From Faecalibacterium sp. CAG:74 (GTDB lineage Archaea; Thermoplasmatota; Thermoplasmata; Methanomassiliicoccales; Methanomethylophilaceae): DNA of 64,000 nucleotides. This document shows positions 29,764 to 38,253 of this stretch, in pieces. The notes beneath the pieces were generated by a model that ran no database searches, was not told the DNA's origin, and worked only from the letters and a program-made list of their open reading frames with translations. Each line of letters starts with the position of its first letter. Position 1 is the stretch's first letter. The DNA lies in contig CAVHHN010000001.1 of the NCBI GenBank assembly GCA_963635855.1, positions 1,820-65,819 on the forward strand. The letters are read 5' to 3'. Made by a program: the position numbers and the translations under genes.

Positions 29764-30060
29764 TCATTCCAGAGTGAGGATCTCGTCGAGGCCCGTCTCC
29801 GTGAAAACCTCCATAACGAGTTCTGGCACATTCTTGAGAGTTAATTTTCCGTCATTCTTGACCATTTTTTTCTCAAGTGCCAGAACAACCCTGAGACCAG
29901 CACTGGATATGTAGATACATGGTGACAGGTCGAGTATGATGCTCTTGGTATCATCACTTATCTGTTTGTTCATATCAGCCTCGAATTCAGGAGAGGTCGT
30001 CCTGTCCAATTTACCCTCAATAACCGCTTTGATCTCTGTACCGTTCTTTAAGATCTTCAC
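29764..30060 (-). CDS. STAS-domain protein (SpoIIAA/RsbV-type anti-anti-sigma-like)
   Basis: 98 aa with DLSPCIYISSAGLRVVLAL, which matches the STAS phospho-serine loop (D.s...fi.SsGL..L). GTG start forms a GTGA overlap with the GH3 gene stop. Confidence 0.85.
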   Translation of the reverse strand: MKILKNGTEIKAVIEGKLDRTTSPEFEADMNKQISDDTKSIILDLSPCIYISSAGLRVVLALEKKMVKNDGKLTLKNVPELVMEVFTETGLDEILTLE

Positions 30061-31757
30061 TGTTCTCCCTCCCTGTCAATAAGCACCCTGAAGAAGCGGA
30101 GTTGTACTTCATTCATGATTATTTTAACTGGTTTTACCTGAGTGGATGCTCCACCCATCATAATTTGTTTGTCTCTCCACAGAGCATAGGTCTCGTCCTG
30201 CAGATAGTGGGATACGACCGGTCCGGTAAGATTCATCTCAAATCTGTAATCAAGCAATGGATTTACCTTCACAAGCTCCTTCTGCAGACGGGCGGATAAT
30301 TCACTGAGGCCCACTTTGGGATGTCTAGGACATTCTATAAAGAACCTGTAGCATGGTGGCGCCATATCAGTGTCCGGATACACACAGAAGTCCATATAGT
30401 CGAAGTCCAGTTCCTTCGCGGTGGCGTCCATTGCAGCTCTAAGAGTTGGTTCATAGGTTTTCTCACCGTTGAGGTTGACGCACAGGTCTATACGATATAG
30501 ATATTCCATGGTGGGAAGGTTGTTGTACATCTTTACGAAACGGATAGCATCACGTGTTCTGTAACGATAAAATCCCGACATAGTGGTCAAAATGACCTCA
30601 TATTCCTTTCCGATCTCCACTTCGGTCAAGGTGCATGTCTTCGACGGATCCTCTTCCCCAAGGGGAAGGAACTCTAGGAACATTGTGTTGCCCAGTGGTG
30701 CGAAGTCCGAGACGTTGAAATCATAGGGAGTGGAGATCGCACCCTCAGATGCGACAAGCCCGGTCATAAAGATCGGTACCTCCTCCGAAATGAAGTTATC
30801 CCTGAGTTTACGCAGATACGCCGAGAATGTTCCGGTACTGACCCCGAGAATGAAAACAAGGTTTGGCCAGATCCTCTTAGCGATCGTGTTATCGAAACCT
30901 TCTGTGAATATTTTCCTAAGTTCCTGTGCCCTTTCAGGCATCGGAATCAATTCCGATTCTAGCTTTGTACGGACAGCATCTGTCATCTTCACCGCAGGAT
31001 CGATCTTTCCGGACTCGATGTCGTCGCATAGCATTTTCCAGTTGTCCCGGATGTAATGGAACATATCCAAAAGGAAGGTGATGAAGGTTGTCTGCAAGCT
31101 CGTCACATCCCTGCATACCAGACCATACCTTGCATGCAAGTATCTGGTGTCCGTCTGTTTATCCGGACAGACCGCTTCAAGAGGGGAGGTGAACATCCCC
31201 GATTGCGTTACCTGCCAATCATACACGGCCTGCCCCGAAACACCAAAATATCTCTTAGGTGGGGTACCGATAACGGTCATGGCATATGCTTCAGACACAG
31301 AAAGTGCCCTTCCTTTGAGGAAATCGGTACCGAACCTCCTCACCGCCATAGCATAAGGGCTCGCAAAAGCGTAATCGATCATATAATCCATAGATATGGA
31401 GGACATGGGAATCCTCTTAGGGTTACCCATTGTTCCAGAGGACCTGTTGTATTGGGCCACACCATATACAGAGTGAAGGTGCTCCTCATTACCTGTCAAT
31501 TCACGGACCACATATTCTGCATAATCATCGAAGACCGTGAGCGGTACCTTCTTCTTGTAATCCTCAATTGTCTTGATCTCGGAAAACCCGTACTTTCTTC
31601 CATACTCAGTATTCCCGTTGTCTGCCAGGATCTTGAAGAGAAGTTTCTCCCCGATACTGCCGGGGTCCTTGGAAAATGCCTCCAGGTCGTCCAACGCTTT
31701 TTTACCGCGTTCTGCCGCGGAACGATTCAGCTGATAGGTTTTCTCCGAATCTACCAT
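30057..31757 (-). CDS. GH3-family adenylate-forming acyl-acid amido synthetase-like protein
   Basis: About 566 aa. The N-terminal region (EKLLFKILADNGNTEYGRKYGFSEIKTIEDYKKKVPLTVFDDY), SSGTMGNPKRIP and the overall length match the GH3 (auxin-responsive promoter) family. The start was trimmed to ATG 31757. Confidence 0.7.
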   Translation of the reverse strand: MVDSEKTYQLNRSAAERGKKALDDLEAFSKDPGSIGEKLLFKILADNGNTEYGRKYGFSEIKTIEDYKKKVPLTVFDDYAEYVVRELTGNEEHLHSVYGVAQYNRSSGTMGNPKRIPMSSISMDYMIDYAFASPYAMAVRRFGTDFLKGRALSVSEAYAMTVIGTPPKRYFGVSGQAVYDWQVTQSGMFTSPLEAVCPDKQTDTRYLHARYGLVCRDVTSLQTTFITFLLDMFHYIRDNWKMLCDDIESGKIDPAVKMTDAVRTKLESELIPMPERAQELRKIFTEGFDNTIAKRIWPNLVFILGVSTGTFSAYLRKLRDNFISEEVPIFMTGLVASEGAISTPYDFNVSDFAPLGNTMFLEFLPLGEEDPSKTCTLTEVEIGKEYEVILTTMSGFYRYRTRDAIRFVKMYNNLPTMEYLYRIDLCVNLNGEKTYEPTLRAAMDATAKELDFDYMDFCVYPDTDMAPPCYRFFIECPRHPKVGLSELSARLQKELVKVNPLLDYRFEMNLTGPVVSHYLQDETYALWRDKQIMMGGASTQVKPVKIIMNEVQLRFFRVLIDREGEQ

Positions 31758-32107
31758 AAACCTCGAACAAAGTTCTGTTATAAATGTGTGGCGAACATAT
31801 ATCCAGGGCCCAGAAACCAAGATAACTCACTAGATCGGATCAAGTCCGCAAAATAACTGAGAAGAACACTAGATTGTTTTTCCTCGGTCGATCAATGTCC
31901 CTATTTCGGGGCAGTAGGGAGTATAAAAATTTAAGCATACTTAAACTAAGGTCAATTTGTGTAATTATTACCAAAAATACACACATACACTAAATGTGCC
32001 AGATTAAAAATTCATTTTCATAAATACCTCGGAATAACAAGGCATTGTTATCTGGGACAGGTCTTAATATTAGTACCAGGTTCTACATATAATAAGGAGG
32101 TACACCA

Positions 32108-33025
32108 GTGGCGATTTTTTTCAAAGGTGGCGAACAGCTGTTCAACGAAGGTATCGACCTCGTCGGCAGAAAAAATTTCAAAGACGCAAAACGCAAATTC
32201 CTCGATGCTATCGAAAAGGGATACAACAAGGACGGACTGGCAAACGTCTATGCCTCACTGATCACAGTAGGTGAGAACAGGTCCAATATAGGCGCATACA
32301 AATCATTACTCGACGATCTGAACAACCTTCCCGTTGGATCTTTCAAGTTCGGTCTCACAGATGTTGTCACAGAGGACCTTCGCACTGAGGTCCAACTGGA
32401 CATTGATGAGATCAATGCTAGCAACATCAATGATTCCGATTACCAGACTAAAGGAAACGCATACATCGAGTGCGCAGGAAAGTTCTCATCACTCATAGGT
32501 GATAAAAGCCTTGCTCTCGACGAGATCTTCAAAGGAAACTCGGTTGCCACCGGTACCAGAGAAGGACTCATCCTCCAGGCAGAGGGATACAGCATCCTCG
32601 GTAAAGGAACCGTCAACGCTGACCCTAAACTCGCTGCGGAATATATGCAGATGGCATACAACTTCCGCAAACAACTCGGAGACAAAGGAGAAGAAGAACT
32701 TGGGCTGTCCAAAGACTATGCCAGGTCCGCCAAATGTTGGATCTGTGGCAGGCCGGCGAACGGAGAAGGTATTCACTTCATGGCCATGCGGAGTACGATC
32801 GAACCAGTGTTTGCGAGCATGACCACGAACGATGTTGTCAAACCGATCTCCGAAGACATGGAAAATATCTATGTGTGCACTCCCTGTTACACTGCGATCT
32901 CGAACAAATCCGATGAGATCTCGAGATACTACTACGACAGTGCAATGGCAGAGATGAGGGCCATGGAAGCTAGGCTTGAGGCCGAGATCTCATCCCTCAG
33001 ATTCTCTGCAGCAATGCGCAGGTGA
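32108..33025 (+). CDS. Hypothetical protein: helical (TPR/MIT-like) N-terminus, internal Cys4 zinc finger, coiled-coil tail
   Basis: GTG start 7 nt after AAGGAGGT. CWICGRP...CTPCYTAI forms a CxxC-N41-CxxC pair. Confidence 0.6.
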   Translation: MAIFFKGGEQLFNEGIDLVGRKNFKDAKRKFLDAIEKGYNKDGLANVYASLITVGENRSNIGAYKSLLDDLNNLPVGSFKFGLTDVVTEDLRTEVQLDIDEINASNINDSDYQTKGNAYIECAGKFSSLIGDKSLALDEIFKGNSVATGTREGLILQAEGYSILGKGTVNADPKLAAEYMQMAYNFRKQLGDKGEEELGLSKDYARSAKCWICGRPANGEGIHFMAMRSTIEPVFASMTTNDVVKPISEDMENIYVCTPCYTAISNKSDEISRYYYDSAMAEMRAMEARLEAEISSLRFSAAMRR

Positions 33026-33029
33026 TTGA

Positions 33030-34574
33030 ATGGATGAAATGATGGCACTGAGGTGTAAATACTGCGGTGCCCCACTTGATGAAAACGCGGTAAAGGATGA
33101 TAGTCCGTATGTGACATGTACCAGTTGCGGTACCACTCAGCAGAAATTGGACGCCCGCGAATACCTGAACCAATTGATGGGACAGGTACGTTCCTGGGTC
33201 AACAGCGCAATGCCTGGGGGAATGGCCTCATTCACCGGAAACCAGAATGTCGATAGTGTTGCAAGACACAATATCTTCATGACCAACTTCAAACCCCGTA
33301 TCGATATGGAGTTCACGAAGTACAAATTCGGATTCAACAACCTATTGTCCCAGGTCATGATGGTCCTGCCTTTCACTGAAGACAAGAATGTGAAGTCCAA
33401 CGACACATCGAACTCGGTGTTCGAGTTCGGTGCCAAGATGAAGGAGATCTCCCCGCTTGCGGTCAGTGACGAGTCCACATCGATCATGAACGAGGTCTCT
33501 GGGGTCACGGATGCTTATGCACTTCTGATCAACAACACAGAGCTCATTCAGAACGATAAACCTGGAAGATTCACTCTCATGGCCAGCAATTTCACCATCG
33601 CTTCCCAGGATTTCGCCAAGATCAAAGGATATGAACCTGCACAGAAACGTTTCGAAGGACTTGCTGCTCTATGTCAGGGATGTGAAAAACTGACCAATGG
33701 AGATATTGCCTCCTCCTTCGGACTTTTCTCTAAAGGAAAATCCCTCCTTGAAGAGGCCTCCAAAGAAATCACAGGAAACCTCAAGGTCGCAGTGATGAGT
33801 CAGGCCGTGTCGCAGGAGATCAAACAAGCGGACGTCCTCATTGAACTGGCAGAATATGTCAACAACATGGGCGGTTCAAAAGAGGTTTTCGATGCGGTCA
33901 GGCGCATATTCACCTACCAATTCCCTGCCACGGGAAACTGGTCGTTCCTTCTGAAGAATCGTGACAGGTTCTCCGAGATATTCACTTTCATGTCGACAGC
34001 GGTCAAGGCCCGTTCTGGATCTGGCACTATTCCTGTTACATCTGGATCGGGGAATATCCTTGTCCCCTTCTGGTATGTCAAATTAAAATACAGTTTCCAG
34101 ACCGGGTCTCTGTGGAAGAAACACAGTGTTGAGGTTGAAGAACCCTTGCTTGTTCCTGCAGACTTCGTCATCGATGGAGAATGCCTGAGCAACCCTCGCA
34201 CTGCCGTGACCGATGTGTTCTCCGTCAAAGGAAACAACGGAATGTTCGCAGGACTCACCGGCAATGAAACCAGCATCAGCAACTCTCAAGGAATCGACAG
34301 ACTGATCGAGTCTGCATCCCAGAGTTCCGCAGATGGCAGGGAAGTTGTTGTACCGTTGAGCACCAGGCGTGAAGCAGAAAGGATCAGCGAATCCTATGTT
34401 CAGGCGGTCTCGAGGGTCGAATCAAAACTCAAACTCAGCAACCCGGACGTGATCGACCTGATCTACATCCCCTTCACTAAATCCAACAACAGGTACCAGC
34501 CCAATGATTCGTTCGGCATACTTCTCCCCAAGAGGGTTGCCAATACAGATCTGTCTCAATTGATAGTAATATGA
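33030..34574 (+). CDS. Hypothetical protein with an N-terminal zinc ribbon
   Basis: CKYCGAPL...CTSCGTTQ at residues 9-35, AGGTGA RBS, and a 4-nt gap to the upstream gene. Confidence 0.6.
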   Translation: MDEMMALRCKYCGAPLDENAVKDDSPYVTCTSCGTTQQKLDAREYLNQLMGQVRSWVNSAMPGGMASFTGNQNVDSVARHNIFMTNFKPRIDMEFTKYKFGFNNLLSQVMMVLPFTEDKNVKSNDTSNSVFEFGAKMKEISPLAVSDESTSIMNEVSGVTDAYALLINNTELIQNDKPGRFTLMASNFTIASQDFAKIKGYEPAQKRFEGLAALCQGCEKLTNGDIASSFGLFSKGKSLLEEASKEITGNLKVAVMSQAVSQEIKQADVLIELAEYVNNMGGSKEVFDAVRRIFTYQFPATGNWSFLLKNRDRFSEIFTFMSTAVKARSGSGTIPVTSGSGNILVPFWYVKLKYSFQTGSLWKKHSVEVEEPLLVPADFVIDGECLSNPRTAVTDVFSVKGNNGMFAGLTGNETSISNSQGIDRLIESASQSSADGREVVVPLSTRREAERISESYVQAVSRVESKLKLSNPDVIDLIYIPFTKSNNRYQPNDSFGILLPKRVANTDLSQLIVI

Positions 34575-34583
34575 GGTGAGAAC

Positions 34584-34961
34584 ATGGAGAACACAGGTAA
34601 CAAATACAGAACACGCGAGGCCGTGGTGGTAGCATTCGTGCTCATCGCTTTGGCCTTTGCGGTCATAATATATGGGGCCACCGACGCAGGAGTTGTCGGT
34701 GCCCTTGGCGCATTCCTAGCTGTGGCAGGTGTCGGACTTGCCGCATTGTCTACGCTTTTCGACAGTACCCCTGACAAATTCGGACCTTCTGAGATGCTGT
34801 ACCGTATGGTCTTCGGCACCCTTATGTTCGTCGCCGGAGTTGTGTGTCTGATGCATGCCTATGATGTAAAATGGTACATCACCGTGGCGGTCGTCATCAT
34901 CGCTATCGCGGTCGTCGGTCTTTGTGCGGCACTTGTGAACGGTAAGAATTCAAAATACTGA
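34584..34961 (+). CDS. Small integral membrane protein (about 4 TM)
   Basis: 125 aa with four hydrophobic helices and a GAGGTGA RBS. Confidence 0.6.
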   Translation: MENTGNKYRTREAVVVAFVLIALAFAVIIYGATDAGVVGALGAFLAVAGVGLAALSTLFDSTPDKFGPSEMLYRMVFGTLMFVAGVVCLMHAYDVKWYITVAVVIIAIAVVGLCAALVNGKNSKY

Positions 34962-34970
34962 GGAATCAAA

Positions 34971-35510
34971 ATGACAAATGCATTGGAAAACAGCGCAGAA
35001 GAGTCCATCGCAAAAAACAGGACGCTCATCGAGAGGATCTCGATGTATGTCCCGTTCTACAAAGGATACAAACAGAAGAATCTCCGCAGGGATGAGGACC
35101 GCGCGATCAGAGAGGTCGTGGCCAAGGTCCTTACTGCGATCAAGAACGACCTGGCAAACGCTTCCAGGGCCACCATAGGGGACCTTGATGCAATGAGAGA
35201 TATGGAACGTATCAAGACCAAGGTCGACAGATATTGTACTGATGTGAAGAAAGCGGTCTCAGGATACAGTGGGATCCACGCCACGGTCAAGATCCTCGAG
35301 TCCGAGCTCGACCGTGTTATCGAGTGGGATGCAAACCTGATCGATGATGTCGAACTGCTCAAACAGCAGTCTGAGAAAATGATGCATGACGCCGATGAAG
35401 GGCTCAGCATCAAAGCAGACATGAGACTCATCGAACAGACCGTTGATGAAATGATCAACACATTCCGCCAGAGAGACAACGTTATGAGGAACCTTGTCGA
35501 GGAGGCTTGA
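34971..35510 (+). CDS. All-alpha coiled-coil protein (possible PspA/ESCRT-III-like; unverified)
   Basis: 179 aa, charged and heptad-like, with no Cys or TM segment. It sits directly before the SPFH gene. Confidence 0.5.
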   Translation: MTNALENSAEESIAKNRTLIERISMYVPFYKGYKQKNLRRDEDRAIREVVAKVLTAIKNDLANASRATIGDLDAMRDMERIKTKVDRYCTDVKKAVSGYSGIHATVKILESELDRVIEWDANLIDDVELLKQQSEKMMHDADEGLSIKADMRLIEQTVDEMINTFRQRDNVMRNLVEEA

Positions 35511-35512
35511 AC

Positions 35513-36640
35513 ATGGCACTAGGAAAGAAAGAAGAGAAAAAGACCAATGTGGTATTTTGGAAAGAACAAGGTCCCAATGACATCATCTATGTGTCACCAG
35601 ACGACGATCTAAGAGTGATCACCTCGGTGACCGTTCCCGAGCACGCTGTCGCCCTTTTCATAAGGGATGGACAGCTTCAGGGAGTTCTAGAGCCCGGAAG
35701 GCATGTCGTCACCTCGAACAACATCCCCTGGCTCACTGCATTGTACAACAAGATGCTCGGATACAGGGACACCCCGTTCAAAGTTTGGATCGTCTTCATT
35801 TCCCTGAAGATGTTCAACGGTAAATGGGGTATCCGCGGAATGATCAAGGCCGCACAGGGCTACGATGTGCCCATCACCCTCATGGCCAATGGAGAATTCC
35901 AGTTCAGGATCACCGACGTGTCCGTGTTCTACACCCAGGTATTGGGTGGAATGAAAACCTACTCTACTGGAGATGTCAATGCTTTCATGAAGAGCTTCAT
36001 CAACGAGCAGATAACCCAACAGCTCGCACAGAAGTACTACATGGAGGTCATGCAGAATCTAGAGGTTGCTTCCACCAGCACCAAGATCCTCCTCGACCCC
36101 TATTTCCAGCAGAGGGGTATCGAACTTCTCTCTCTGAAGATCAACGAGGTCTCCACCACTGAGGAAGAGAAAACCAAGGTATTCGAATATCTCCAGTTCA
36201 GCAGCAGCAACGGAGAAGCGTTCAAGAGGTATGAGGTCATGGATAGAATGGCAGATGCTATCGGAGATTCGCAAGGTGGTGCAGCAATGGGTGCAGGAAT
36301 GCTCCTGTTCCCTCAGATGTACCAGCAGCTTAACCAACAGTCCGTACAAGGTGTGCAGAACCAACAGGCCGCTGCACAGGCACAGAAGGTCATGTGCCCA
36401 TACTGCGGATCGCTCAATGAATACCCATACAGGTTCTGTGGAAACTGCGGAAAGCCTTCTCCCCAACTTCAGCCCGTTGCGACTGCAACACCCACCCCTA
36501 CCGCTCAGGCCGCACCTGCGACCAATGGGGCCACTGCAGCACCTGGCACATTCAAACGTTGCCCCTATTGTGGCGAAGATCTTAGCACTCTCAAGAAGAC
36601 CCCTAAGTTCTGCCCATACTGTTCTGAGGAACTTTCGTAA
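35513..36640 (+). CDS. SPFH/band-7 family protein of the COG4260 (B. subtilis YdjI-like) type with two C-terminal zinc ribbons
   Basis: The N-terminal pattern VPEHAVALFIRDGQLQGVLEPGRHVV...NIPWL...PFKVWIVFIS...KWG is typical of that family. Q-rich and PTA-rich linkers are followed by CPYCGS..CGNCG and CPYCGE..CPYCSE. ATG 35513 lies 7 nt after GAGGAGG; the ORF track starts at TTG 35507. Confidence 0.72.
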   Translation: MALGKKEEKKTNVVFWKEQGPNDIIYVSPDDDLRVITSVTVPEHAVALFIRDGQLQGVLEPGRHVVTSNNIPWLTALYNKMLGYRDTPFKVWIVFISLKMFNGKWGIRGMIKAAQGYDVPITLMANGEFQFRITDVSVFYTQVLGGMKTYSTGDVNAFMKSFINEQITQQLAQKYYMEVMQNLEVASTSTKILLDPYFQQRGIELLSLKINEVSTTEEEKTKVFEYLQFSSSNGEAFKRYEVMDRMADAIGDSQGGAAMGAGMLLFPQMYQQLNQQSVQGVQNQQAAAQAQKVMCPYCGSLNEYPYRFCGNCGKPSPQLQPVATATPTPTAQAAPATNGATAAPGTFKRCPYCGEDLSTLKKTPKFCPYCSEELS

Positions 36641-36650
36641 ACCTATTAAC

Positions 36651-36666
36651 CCGGCCTTCGGGCCGG
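36651..36666 (+). terminator. GC hairpin after the five-gene operon
   Basis: CCGGCC-TTCG-GGCCGG lies 11 nt after the stop and is followed by ACCATTTTAT. Confidence 0.5.
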
Positions 36667-36687
36667 ACCATTTTATAAAGTGATATT

Positions 36688-37515
36688 TTGAGTTCATTAT
36701 TGGATGCTGTGGTCGCCGTAGCTAGAACTGCAGGAAAAATGATGATCACTGAGACGGACATCACAGTGGAGAACAAAGGATCTAAGGAGAATTATGTTAC
36801 ATCCACTGACCTGAAGATCCAGACATACCTTAGAAAAGAACTTCTTGAAATTCTTCCAGGTTCAGAGTTCATGGGGGAGGAGAACGATCTCCTCTCAACA
36901 GAAAGTGAGCATTATGACATCGACCACCCAGTATGGATCGTGGACCCCATTGACGGTACCGCCAACTATGCCCATAAGATCCCTATGAGCGTGGTTTCCA
37001 TTGCATTGGTAAAGAACCATGAATCTATTCTCGGCGTCGTTTATCAACCATATCTAGATGAACTGTACAAAGCGGAAAAAGGAAAAGGTGCGTTCTTGAA
37101 CGATGTTCCGATCCACGTCTCGGACAGACCCAAAGAACGTGGCATATGTTGTACTGCATGGTCTTGTTATAACAAGACAAAATCCGCACTCTGTTTTCAG
37201 GTCACCACCGAGTTATACAAGATCTGTGAAGATATCCGTAGGCTTGGAACTGCGGCCTATGAACTATGTCTGATGGCAAAAGGCGCCTGCGAGCTTTACT
37301 TCGAGATCAATCTATCTCCCTGGGACTATGCCGCGGCATCTTGTATCCTGTATGAAGCAGGGGGTTGCATGACCTCCAATAAACAGGTACTTGACTATTA
37401 TGCTCCTTGCACGGTCATCGCTGCAAACTGCGATAATAGTCTCCAGTTCGTCAGAAATATCGTAAAAAAGGCGTGTAAGAATCACCCAGAAGCGGAAACC
37501 ACTATTAAGGATTGA
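36688..37515 (+). CDS. Inositol monophosphatase / FBPase-family protein
   Basis: WIVDPIDGTANY and WDYAA motifs. The start is uncertain: TTG 36688, TTG 36700 or GTG 36709. A TTTTATAAAG box at 36671-36680 would favour a downstream or leaderless start. Confidence 0.8.
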   Translation: MSSLLDAVVAVARTAGKMMITETDITVENKGSKENYVTSTDLKIQTYLRKELLEILPGSEFMGEENDLLSTESEHYDIDHPVWIVDPIDGTANYAHKIPMSVVSIALVKNHESILGVVYQPYLDELYKAEKGKGAFLNDVPIHVSDRPKERGICCTAWSCYNKTKSALCFQVTTELYKICEDIRRLGTAAYELCLMAKGACELYFEINLSPWDYAAASCILYEAGGCMTSNKQVLDYYAPCTVIAANCDNSLQFVRNIVKKACKNHPEAETTIKD

Positions 37516-37531
37516 ATTTATCCCCGCACAT

Positions 37532-38062
37532 ATGACAAACGAACTTGAAAAATACGTCACCACGATTCCAGATTTTCCCAAACCAGGGATCATGTTCAGA
37601 GACATCACTTCCGTTGTTCAGAGCCCAGATGGATTCAAGATGGCCGTGGACCAATTGATCGCTGCACTTGACGGTGTCGATTTCGATTATATCATCGGAA
37701 CAGAGTCCAGAGGATTTGTCTTCGGTGCACCTGTGGCGTATGCACTCCACAAAGGATTCATTCTTGCTAGGAAGAAGGGAAAACTTCCCAGAGAATGTGT
37801 CTCCGAAACCTACGATCTTGAATATGGACAGGCCACACTTGAGATCCACAAAGATGCTTTCCCACCTAAATCCAAGATCGTTATCCTCGATGACCTCATT
37901 GCTACTGGCGGAACCACCAAGGCGGTCTGCAAAATGATAGAGAAACTTGATGGGACCGTTGTCAAGATCGGATTCGTCATGGAACTTGCAGGATTCAAAG
38001 CAAGAGAAAAGGTCCTCAGTGGGTACGACGTATTCAGTTTGATCACCTACCCCGGCATCTGA
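37532..38062 (+). CDS. apt: Adenine phosphoribosyltransferase
   Basis: PDFPKPGIMFRDIT and the PRPP loop VILDDLIATGGT; 176 aa. Confidence 0.92.
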   Translation: MTNELEKYVTTIPDFPKPGIMFRDITSVVQSPDGFKMAVDQLIAALDGVDFDYIIGTESRGFVFGAPVAYALHKGFILARKKGKLPRECVSETYDLEYGQATLEIHKDAFPPKSKIVILDDLIATGGTTKAVCKMIEKLDGTVVKIGFVMELAGFKAREKVLSGYDVFSLITYPGI

Positions 38063-38121
38063 GCACGTACAATCCTAGGACATTTGTTATGTCCCAGCAA
38101 TCTATTTTATCTGTCAGAAGG

Positions 38122-38195
38122 AGGGCCTGCCGGGATTCGAACCCGGGTCATTAGTTCCGAAGACTAGCAGGATATCCTGGCTACCCCACAGGCCC
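38122..38195 (-). tRNA. tRNA-Arg (anticodon TCG), no complete encoded CCA
   Basis: The reverse complement folds with acceptor GGGCCTG/CAGGCCC, anticodon loop CTTCGGA and T-loop GTTCGAATC. The body is closely similar to the tRNA-Arg at 45807-45883. Confidence 0.8.
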
Positions 38196-38253
38196 TGGGC
38201 TGTAATCAACAGGCATCTATATCTTTTAATCGGACTTGTGCAATTCAGAAAGC

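Noticed and set aside
26153-31757. Reading the STAS/RsbW/PP2C genes as evidence of a bacterial contig or a sigma-factor regulon
   Set aside because: Flanking genes on both sides are archaeal (GS-III/GOGAT next to a thermosome, HypE, archaeal tRNAs), and no sigma-factor gene is present. The module is therefore interpreted as an archaeal partner switch with a non-sigma output.
31056-31856. 266-aa plus-strand ORF opposite the GH3 gene
   Set aside because: It is antisense to a recognisable GH3-family frame and has no features of its own.
36059-36697. 212-aa minus-strand ORF opposite the SPFH gene
   Set aside because: It is antisense to a frame carrying SPFH and zinc-ribbon motifs, and it is Cys/Arg/Leu-rich shadow sequence.
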